The notes beneath the pieces were generated by a model, which was not told where the DNA came from, ran no database searches, and worked only from the letters and a program-made list of their open reading frames with translations. The position numbers were made by a program, and so were the translations under genes. Below are positions 11,400 to 21,440 of a stretch of DNA of 64,000 nucleotides, one piece after another; positions within the stretch are counted from its first letter, which is position 1; every line of letters starts with the position of its first letter. Origin of the DNA: Anthoceros angustus (Eukaryota > Plantae > Anthocerotophyta); assembly GCA_010909165.1 (NCBI GenBank), contig MU008179.1, positions 124,001 to 188,000 on the forward strand, given 5' to 3'.

Positions 11400-13495
11400 A
11401 AAATACAATTTCGAGTCACATTGAGCATTGACGGAAGAACACCCTTAAATCATCCGCATCCGATTCGCTTCGTTCAAAAGCTCGATAGGATCGCCGCTCA
11501 CCGAACAAGGACTCTTGTCTGCTGCTTTGCTTGACCAGGCCATATCGCAAACCATATAAGAACACGTGGAAGGAACATACAAAGGACTCAAATGTCACAA
11601 GCTTTCAAAACATATTACCTTGAGAATCCAAAGATCCGCTTTATGGCCACCACACTTCTCCCAAAGATCAAGGCACCGAGCCATCACAAACGTGTAATCA
11701 TTGTTACACGGCAGCCTTATTGGTGTAATAGCCAACGAGCCCACTTCAGCCATGGTCTTCATGAACCTTGACAACATTCCTTTTGAAACACGGAGTTTTG
11801 CATACCAAGCCTAGCCAAAAACAAAACAGCTTAGTAAATACAAACCACAAAACTTAAGCCCAATAACAACAAACTTACATTTGATCTTGGGTTATCAATT
11901 GTTGAATTGAACAAAAACCCCGAATTGATGATTTTTGTCGTTTGCACCACTTGGGAGAGTGTTCAATAATGACTCTAAAAGTTTCGATAACATCCCGTCA
12001 GAATCTTGACCTTTTTAAATGCTCACTCTGGTAATTCTTCATGTCCACTTTATAATTTTTGAAAGCCGCTCTTGATACCGCAAATAAAAGCGAGCTTAAT
12101 ACAAGACATCAAAACAACCAAAACATACCAAGACAAAGATACAATGAACAAAACAACCAAAACATACCGAACAAAAGGTCCTCTGAATCACGAGAACGAG
12201 AAGTCCCCGATGTGTTATGTAACTCTTCACCACCTCGAACTCCAAACTGGTCATGCAAAAATATGCACACCGCAAACAATAGAGCATACCTCCGTGTTTA
12301 AAACCATAAATGAACAATCAAAGTGCACCCCTAAACCAACAATATTACCTTTTTGAGCCCCGCCCAAATGAGCATTGATGATCTCGTGTGAAAGAATCCG
12401 CTCATCATCGCCGAAATCAACTTCACCTCTTTTCGACATGACACAATCCCAAGATCCTTGCCGATTTTCATGGACGCAACCAACGCACGGGACCCATGGA
12501 AAATTCCATGAAACATGTTGATCAACATCGAACCAAGCGCTTTGGTTCAAGATGCACTTCCTTGTTAAAATTCGGTTAAAACCACGAAAGAAAGACATCA
12601 ACCGCACAAGAGAGAATAGAAATCACCATGTGAATGAAAGTCGAACTATCAAAATCAACAAGTCAAAACATCACTACTTACGCTTCGGAGAAAATCTCCT
12701 TGTCCTTGATTCGAACTTGATGGAAAAAGGATATCGAATAAGATTTAGATCCTTGTAAGGAAATATCCTCAAGAGTATCCCATCCCCGACCCCACTCACT
12801 TTCATAAAGGCCCCGAGACGACTTGACACCGCTTATTCCGCCGCTTTGGACCTATCCTCCCACCACTCAAAGCATCATTCACGCCCTCGGGACTATTGGG
12901 TCAAATCCGCCTCAAAAATTGCTTCATCATCAATTTCCTCCATACCCATGGCAAAGTCATCTTCGGATCATCACACTTTAGCCTCTCAAACATATCAAGC
13001 ACTTCTTGATCGTGGATGACCTGTGGTCGTGAACCACAACAGTATGGAAAACGCCACTGTAGCATTCTGCTCAACGGCAGCACACAAATCTCTAGACCCA
13101 GTTTTGGCAAGACTCACAACCATGGGATCGCCTTATCAAGAAATCATTCTCCCCACAAACCGGACCCCTCTCTCTCTAATCGGGACATAGTTAGTAATCT
13201 CGCAAGAGGACCTTCAACCAAAGCCACGGTCGAGTGTCCACCCTTCTCCTCTTCTCGAACAAACTCACCGCACGAGCATCCTTCTTGGATGAAAATCGCC
13301 TTGGCGGTTTGGGCAAGTCTTTTGGGAACTAAATAAGTTCCTTGTGCACCAAGACACCATCAACTTTACCATCATCCCAGGATGAGTTGCGATGAATCAT
13401 GGATTTGACACTGCCTAGTATATGGCTTGGCCATAACTTCACCGTGGATCCTTGTTTTCCCGCCCGAGCCCAAAGGGTTTTCTTTTAGGAGCCAT
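11400..13495 (-). mobile_element. Crypton/DUF3504-type tyrosine recombinase gene, intron-containing, frameshifted
   Basis: Colinear motifs: MAPKRK start; LEDISLQ..FHQVRIKD; LMSFFRGFNRIL; SRALVASMK; LLFAVCIFLHDQFGVRGGEE (FGVRGGEE at 12223-12246, catalytic Arg); YQERLSK(N); WYAKLRVSKGMLSRFMKTMAE; YTNKxxRVTMITRL; GHK. GT-AG intron at ~11810-11877; another probable intron near 12610-12680. Confidence 0.75.
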
Positions 13496-14278
13496 CGCAA
13501 AGCGAGAAAGAATTGAGTGGTCAAGGAACTTGACAACACAAAACATCCTGAGAAGTTGACAAAAGACAAAATAAAAAAGCACTTACATGGTGTTGAACTT
13601 CCATAGGAACTGTCAAGGGTCTAACAATTGATTATAAACAATCGAAGACGAGGATAGGGATGGGGGATATGGCACACATTCATTGAATATACACATTGTT
13701 AAATATTGAAATCCCTCCACTTTTGGTTAGTGAGAGACAGATAACTCCTTTTCAAACAACACCCACATACTTCAGAAGAAGACTTTGTCGGCAAGTTAGA
13801 TTTAAGAGGAAAAACAAACAAAATAAGGTTATCCAGACACAAAACAACAAGACACAAAACAAACGAGATTCAATCATGACTTCAAATTCAAAGAAATGGT
13901 TATCCCGATTCATGCAGACTGTAATCGAATGTTGGCAGGTCAACCCTTCACACGATGAACAATAAAGCCTACACACACAGGTAAAGGATTAGATTATTCA
14001 CAGAGAACTCACAGCTACGTTAAAAGACAACGAGGTAATTATCAGGAGAAATCATCAAGTTTAAAATACAGTTCACATACCATACGCAGGGTTACACCCG
14101 AACAAAACGCCTTATACGTCAAGGCAGATTGTCTGCATCAAAGCAAGGACCTTAGAATAAGAATGAGACAAACGTTTGATAATGCACACGACAAAATACA
14201 CAAAACAACAACAAACAAAACACGCATTGAATTCAAAGCAAGATAACATAGCATTTTTAAACAAAGAATATACGTAAA

Positions 14279-15765
14279 GCGAACAACAAAAGACGCTTCT
14301 CGACGTACCAAACAAGGTCCCAAATGTGTCCGCACACGTCCAAACCTTGATCGCAAAAGAGCGGAGAGAGTAAGATCACACAAGGCAACGCCTCCGAGAA
14401 AGAACGAAGGCAAGATTTTGCATCGACACAACAAACAAACGATACGAACCATGACAATAGGACAAATGTAAATCATCATTTTGACAAGGTCATAACCAAC
14501 CTTTCTTACGTCCAACAACCTCTTACCGACTCCTGCTTTCAAAAGGAATAGAAGACAATTAAGAACAAAATCGCTCAACATTATAAACAATGAAAGCTCA
14601 AGAGAAGATAACATACATTTTCCAACAGCATATGCGTAAACGCAGAGAAACCAGATTGACACAAAAGACATTTGATGACTTACCAAAGTGGTCCCGATCT
14701 ATAACCGCCACTTCAAACGAAAACTTGATCGCATCAAAACACGAGAGGGTTACAACACACGAGCAAAGCGAAGCTGTCGAGAACAAAGACTTGAGCATAA
14801 GCGCTAACACATTTTAAACCAACGAACAAAATTACGAACAAACAAAGAATCAAACCTAAATAACAAAACGATCGTAACGCGATAGAGACAAGAAGACGGC
14901 AAGACAAAAGAAATGATACCAAACCATGGAACCACACGACAACAGCAGATAAAGGGACACTTCCAACAAACAAACAATCAAGCAATACGAGATTTTGCGT
15001 AAGAGAAAGAACACAAGCATCACACATGCAACAGCGAACAACAAAGCGTTTCACGGTACCAAACAAGGTCCCAAATGTGTCCGCCACTACGTCCAAACCT
15101 TGATCGCAAAAGAGCGGAGAGAGTAAGATCACACAAGCAAGGCGCTCCCAGAAAAGAGAAAGGCAAGATTTTGCGGCGACAACAAACAAACAAACGAGAA
15201 CCATGGCGACAAATGTAAAAGCTCATCGCGACTTTAAAGGTCATTAACCAACCTTTCTTCGTCCAACAACCTCTTGCCGTTTACTCCCTGCGTTTCAAAA
15301 AGGAATAGAAGACAATTAAGAACAAAATCGCTCAACATTATAAACAATGAAAGCTCAAGAGAAGATAACATACATTTTCCAACAGCATATGCGTAAACGC
15401 AGAGAAACCATTGACACAAAAGACATTTGATGACTTACCAAAGTGGTCCCGATCTATGACCGCCACTTCAAACGAAAACTTGATCGCATCAAAACACAAA
15501 AGAGGGTTACAACACACGAGCAAAGCGGTCAGAACAAAGACTTGAACAAGCATTTGCGCGACATTTTAAAAACACAAAATTACACGAACAAACAAAGAAC
15601 AACATAAACAACAAAAGCATAAGCGATAGAGACAAGAAGACGGCAAGACAAAAGAAATGATACCATGGAACCACCGACAAGAGATAAAGGGACACTTCAA
15701 ACAAACAATCAAGCAATACGAGATTTTGCGGAGAAAGAACACAAGTATCACACATGCAACAATGA
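14279..15765. repeat. Tandem duplication, ~755-bp unit x2
   Basis: GCGAACAACAAA at 14279 and 15034; long shared blocks such as CAAACCTTGATCGCAAAAGAGCGGAGAGAGTAAGATCACACAA. Confidence 0.92.
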
Positions 15766-16249
15766 ACAAAAGTAAGCCTAGCCAACCACAGGCTCGAAAG
15801 CACCAAGTCGAAGCATACTGGTCGTTACATGAGAGGAAGTAACACCATCAACAAAAGCAAGATCAAGAACGAACGAACTACAAAGAACGAAATCAAATAG
15901 AACAAACAAAGACTAGGGACATACAAATCGATAACATCTTAGCATGTCTTTCCCTAAGAAAGATAAACAATCACGCACAGGCAAAGAACAACATAAACAA
16001 CAGAACATACACAAAACATCCTACGATGTATATAGAAACTTGAATACACTACCACCATAGAGGTAGACAAAACACAGAACCCGAACAGACTAGAAAAACA
16101 GGAATGAAACACACCAAAGCGCCAAATACACTACTCGAGTAAACGAAGCAACAAACAAACAAAACAACAAGACACAAAAGCAAAGACGCCAAGGAACAGA
16201 AAAAAAACAAGGTGAACGCAGATGGCCAGCGACTTCAAATAGGAGCAAA

Positions 16250-16695
16250 AGGCCTTAACCTTTAACGAAACCTTGGCCTTCGGTACCAAACAACCTTGGC
16301 CGGACTAAGCAAGCACATGGACCTTAGAGGCAAGACACCTTGGCCTTGAACATGGGAACCCCTTGGCCTTGAAAAGAACCTTCAAAAGAGCAGAACACCT
16401 TGGCCTCAAACAAACTTTATCGACACCTTGGCCTTCGAACGAAGGCTGAGAAAGGCCTTAACCATTGGAAAGGGCCTGAAAGAAACCTTGGCCCCAAAAC
16501 TTAAACGACCTTCGCCTAGCGAACCTAGAACACCTTGGCCTTCGAATGAGCTACAGAACAGACCTTAGCCTTCGGAGCAGAACCAGAAACACGTTGGCCT
16601 GCGAAACTAGAACTAGACAGCTCCTTCCCCGAAACAGAAGGAGGACCTTGGCCTACGAAACTAAACACAGAGCAAAACACCTAAGCCTTGGCGCC
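16250..16695. repeat. Array of ~14 CCTTGGCC-core motifs at irregular ~20-60 bp spacing
   Basis: Repeated (A)CCTTGGCCTT(CGAA) motifs read directly. Confidence 0.85.
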
Positions 16696-16762
16696 AGAGA
16701 CTGGACCACCTCGGACTTGAAAAGACAGAATGACAAAAGAACTCGCGCTATGAGGGAAGCCA

Positions 16763-16786
16763 TTTATATAGGCCAGCAAACCCTAA
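16763..16786 (-). promoter_or_regulatory. Putative TATA box (CCTATATAAA) with adjacent telo-box, oriented toward the YR gene
   Basis: Plus strand TTTATATAGG at 16763-16772 and AAACCCTAA at 16778-16786. Confidence 0.4.
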
Positions 16787-17394
16787 ATATTCTCACTCGG
16801 CGCCGTTCTCTCTACCAAGCTGGTTTGAATTTCAACCTAACATTCCGAGCCCAATTCCAAACCACCGTAGGTTTGCCATTCGCTGCCGCCGCCGCGCTGT
16901 TCAACCAAACCTAGATTCAATTTTCCAAACCTAGCCTAACGGCACCAAACCTAATCTCCGAACCCCGATGCAGCAGGGCGTAACCCGAAGCTACCGGCCA
17001 ACCACAGACTGCCACGCACAGCCCACCATCGAACCATCTAGAACCCTAACTTTCAGTACTTAAACAGCATGCACATAGGGTTAGTGGTCACTTCTGCCCA
17101 ACACGCCGCCAGTCGCACGGGGCCGCTCGGCGGTCCGTTTCCTCACCGCTCGCCAGAGTGACCATTCGCTCACGCTTTGAGTCCTGAGAAGGTCCGCAAT
17201 CGGCTCCTTCCTTTCATCTAGGTATCGCCACTACATGCGCGCCCCGACCACATCTTTGTTCGCCGGCCGCTTTAGTTCCATAGGTGGGTATGCCGCCACC
17301 GCCGCACCTCCGATCACGCCCCTTGCACCACACTCCGCTGCGCTCATCTCCGCCACCGCCAACACGACATCAAGAAGTCTCACCGGCGCCCTCA

Positions 17395-18240
17395 GGTACG
17401 ACGCCAAGCACACTTGTCTCTTCTTTTGTTTTCGTTGCAGCCCAATTCCAACGCCACCGCCTTTACTCGCCTTCGCTCGGTAGCGTAATCGCCATCCGCT
17501 TTCGTTTCCTTGCTTGACCGCCTCTCGAGACATAGACGCCTCCTCTCCGTGTACGTTGTCACGCCACGCCGTCTCTCTTTTGTTTTCGTTGCAGCCCATT
17601 GCAACGCCCTGTCGCGCTGGCTTTTGCTTCCGCCTCGCCTGGTAGCTGTAATCGCTCGTGAGTTTGCCGCTTTGAACCGCCTTGCTTGATTTAATGAAGT
17701 CTCGAGACATAGCGCAGCAAACCCTCGACGCGCCTCCGTGGGTACGCGTCAAGCACACTTGTCTCTTCTTTTGTTTTTGTTGCGGACCAATTGCCATGTA
17801 TCTTTACTTCCGGTCTTCGCTCTGGGTAGCCATCGCTCGTCCGTTCTTTTGTTGTGATTAGCAAGTCAGACATAGCACAAAACCCTGGCGTCCTCGTGAT
17901 GCGTTGTCAAGCACGCTTCTCGCGTCTTCTCTTTTGTTTTCGTTGCAGACAATTTGCATTGTCGTGGCTTTCTTCGATCTTGGTCTGGGTAATCATCTTT
18001 GTTCTTTCGCCTTGCTTGATTTAATTTGCGAAGTCTCGAGACATAGCGCAAACCCTCGGCGGCGTCCTCCTGGATGCGTTGTCAAGCACACTTACGTCAT
18101 GTTTTCTCTTTTGTTTTTCGTTGCAGCCCAATTCCAACGCTCTTGCCGCTTTTGCTTCCTCTGGATAGCTCTATCATAGTGTGAGTTTGCTGCCTTCAAC
18201 TGCCTTGCTTATCAAGTGATTTGTTGTTGCGAGACATCAC
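17395..18240 (+). repeat. Tandem array of five ~155-190-bp units (higher-order ~345-bp dimer)
   Basis: Unit core CAAGCACACTTGTCTCTTCTTTTGTTTTCGTTGCAG; TTGCAG-type ends at 17440, 17594, 17785 (variant), 17948 and 18126. Confidence 0.88.
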
Positions 18241-18700
18241 CGCACAAAACCGCCAGTGGTCCTTAAGAAGTAACAGAATGCTGCACAGTTGCCAAACTCA
18301 CCTTACTTCCATTTGCTTGTTTCTTTTTCAAAGTCCAACACGACATCAAGAATAAGCTTACTGTCCTCGATAGTGTTGTCTCGAACCGCTGACGTTGCGA
18401 TCCGGCTTAATCTTGCCTTCCTAGATCACAAAACTGGAAACACGTGGCCTTAGTGTGGTGTCCGCAGGGTCTAACCACACGAAAAAACAACAACCGTAAG
18501 TCACCCTCCATCACGCATGCAGTAATTAAAGAAGCATGCTTGTCAAATGTTGTCGCGGGCATGGTAGTTGCAGGAGATGTTGCAGGCATGGGACGTAACA
18601 GTGCAGTAGTGCGCACGCGTCAGCGTGTGGACGCCACTTGCATGCTTGACGTGTCACTGTCAACAGTGTGTCAGAGTCAACGCCTAGTAGATGCTTGAGA

Positions 18701-18830
18701 GGCGACATGCCGCAACACGCGCCGTTTGGTGGCGGCATGCCGCAACACGCGTTGAGTAGCGGCATGCCGCAACACGCGCCGTTTGGTGGCGGCATGCCGC
18801 AAAACGCGGATGCCGCAACACGCGGATGTT
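18701..18830. repeat. ~30-bp tandem repeat containing the 12-bp palindrome GCGGCATGCCGC
   Basis: GGCGGCATGCCGCAACACGCGCCGTTTGGT and variants, ~4-5 units. Confidence 0.9.
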
Positions 18831-18989
18831 TTATGGACTTTGTAAACTCACGCCCCTCTCCTCTTTCAGGAATTCGAGCTGCAGCCAAAGGTCACGCAAG
18901 AAGGCGCCACTCTAGTGTAAGTACGTCCCATTCCAAATTCTCAGCTTGTTGCCGCTTGTGGATGCGCCTTTTGTTCACCGATTTGATAG

Positions 18990-19640
18990 CTCTCCACGAT
19001 GATTCGTCGATGGCTTTTGAATCGGGATGGAATCTGAGAACGGAAGCAATAACGATTTTCAAATCCAAGAAGGTACTTGATTGTAATTCGTTTTATACGT
19101 TTCTTACTTTCCTTTTACATTTACTAATATCTATTGTGTCCACCCCCTGCAGACAGCAACTACATGACGCCACCCTTAGAGCGTCACTCAGACAAATTGC
19201 TTCCCACCCATGGGGATCCAGGATATGACGCTAATGCAGAGTTTGAACCACCACTGCTGGAGATCAGAAAGATAGTAGAAAAAGGTATTCAGATAAAATG
19301 ATTGCTGTTTGTCCTGTATGTTCTTGTTGGTCAGAGTCTAACAAAACCCGTGGTTGCGCCTCCTCTGAGCACACAATGTTCTCTCGTGATGGACAAACAA
19401 GACCTTAAGCATCTTTGCGAGATGCCCCTTGATTGAATAAGATAAAGAAGGTAAGCACTTTTCTTTAATTCATAAACTTGATCTAATTATGCTCAAATCC
19501 AAAATCTTAACCCTAAATTTATCTCTGCGGGATATCAAAAGAACCTTGAACAACGGCTCAATTGGGTGAAGCGTACACTTGTGGAAAGGTTTAATGGACA
19601 CGATTTTCAATGCAAACAATGTTGGAGTCCCGTCACAGCT
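18990..19640 (+). pseudogene. Spliced orphan gene fragment, unknown function
   Basis: AAG|GTACTT...CTGCAG, AAG|GTATTC...TCAG and AAG|GTAAGC with AT-rich introns; exon peptide DSNYMTPPLERHSDKLLPTHGDPGYDANAEFEPPLLEIRKIVEK. Confidence 0.45.
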
Positions 19641-21440
19641 CACGGGCTTCCCCTCCTTGGCCCGCACAGCTGACTCCTTCTCCGCCCTTTTCCTCCACAG
19701 GGCTCGGCGGAGGTGATGGAGTCCGGAGCACGCCTTTGCCCTTCACAGCCGGCGGCGGGACCCGGCTCAGATCACAGGCTGCTGCCCGTGTCCTCCTGCT
19801 CCTGGCGGTCCCTTGCCCTTCCCCCTCTTCCTCCTTGCCACTCTCAGCGGGGAAGAGGTACCGCACCGACCGGGTGCCAGCGTTGGTAGTGGTCTTGCGT
19901 TTCTTGGCTCTCTCACAGTCGGCGGGCTCCTCGGCAGTGATGGCGGTGGCGGGGCACTGGGGTGTTGCTTCTGCTGGGTGCCGGTTGGGGCACGGAAGGA
20001 GGCGGGTGCTTCCCATACTTCCACAGGTGGTGAGGGGTCCGTTCCTGTGAGTCAGGAATCCTCAGTCGTCCTCCTCCAGTCCGTTTGGTTTCGACGGCCT
20101 CCTCCCTCGGCGCCCTTGCCTCCACTTCCGGGAGGGCCTCCGGTCCTTCCGGAGCGTTCAAGCTCTCCTTCCACGAGGAGTTGAAATGCCCCATACATGG
20201 ATCGGTATGGGGCCGGCCCAGAATGGTGGCTTCTCGCTCAGCTTGCGAGCTCAAGCAAACCGGCGAAGATAATCCTCCCCGGTCAGCCTCTTCCCCGGCG
20301 CAGCGTGCGGGAACACCAATAGATTATCACCAAGGTGATCCACCTTGGTGAGTAGGTTCGATGGGCGATGATCCGGCCACCGCCTGACTGGCCTATCAAG
20401 CGGGTCGGATGTCGACAACCGTTGGTGGTCGTTCGTCGAGCCTTCGCCATTGCTGGTGGACCTATCTTCCCCGCCTTGAGGGGCTCGGCCACCCCCTCTT
20501 CCTCCTTGGGGCGGTTGTAGGCCGCCTTGGGACCTCAAGGTCCATCGCCTTGGTCCTCCCGAGGTTCTTGGACCGCACCTCCTTATTGACCGCCGCCAAG
20601 ATCTTCCGCAAACTCCCGGACCCGGTAACATCAAAATGTCCATCGGCTGGAACACATCCAAATGCCACTCCTGCACCAATTCTCCCGCTTCCCCGAGCCC
20701 AGGCCCAAAGTCCGGATAGCGCCGGTCACAATGTTGCGCTCCACAAGGTTCCATGGCTCCCAAACTTCCGGGCTTTTTGGGTGCCATCGCCTTCTCCTCC
20801 TTGGTTGCCGCCGCCGCTTGTCGAGACCGCCGGCACGTTGAGCCTTCGCCGCTCGCCTCCGACCTCAACGGTGAGCCGCCAAGACGCCCGAGTGTCCCAC
20901 GAGATACCGCCAGAGAGCCGGATCATGGAGCGCAAGAGATCGCGAGAATTGTCTCGAGGTGCAATAAATGACCTTCTTCCGCGACCACGCCGGAGTAACT
21001 GGCGGAGGGCGCCTTTCCTCGTCTGTAATCGCCGAGGTCTGCATGGCTTACTCGCCCCCAGCCTCGCCTTACTCCGCCAGACTGCCCCACGCTGCCAGCC
21101 TGGGCGTGAATACCGCTATAACGGCCTCGCAAGGTTACGGCCCGACCACTGCATGCCCGCCCTCCACCTGTGGTCGCCCACGTGGCGCCAGTCCGCCCCA
21201 CGCCCAACTTCTAAGTTACTTTCCGGCGATTTATCCCTCGGTCCCGGAGTGGGTCCGGACTTATCCTGCTACTCGCGCCTACCCTAGTAGGTCCGGTATG
21301 CCTCACTCCGAGTCGAGTATACTCCGAGTGCCGTCCGAGTGCTATCCATGCTTATTTCCCCCTTTTTCGCCTCATTTTATCCTTCACTCCTACGAAAAAA
21401 AACAAAACCCTACCTATTTTCTAACCCCCAAGGGAAGTCC
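19640..21440 (-). mobile_element. Retroelement 5' portion (LINE ORF1/gag-like) with degenerate CCHC knuckle
   Basis: GC-rich frameshifted ORF; TTCGSMGxTRLLPCP near 19975-20030 resembles CX2CX4HX4C; no RT present. Confidence 0.4.

Noticed and set aside
12727-12735. ATATCCTTT on the minus strand as a U12 intron donor
   Set aside because: It falls within the reconstructed YR coding segment, with no matching branch site or AC acceptor identified.
6550-13495. DIRS retrotransposon or Polinton-like virus as the explanation for YR plus MTase
   Set aside because: No RT/RNase H between or beside the genes, and no capsid, packaging ATPase or pPolB motifs seen. The YR is spliced and Crypton-like. Not fully excluded without profile searches.
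14279-18830. Repeat arrays as CRISPR arrays
   Set aside because: No constant repeat with unique equal-length spacers, no cas genes, and the context is eukaryotic.
19585-19615. LKIVSI on the minus strand as the start of a LINE APE endonuclease
   Set aside because: The following sequence lacks APE motifs, and the plus strand here reads as an exon of the orphan gene.
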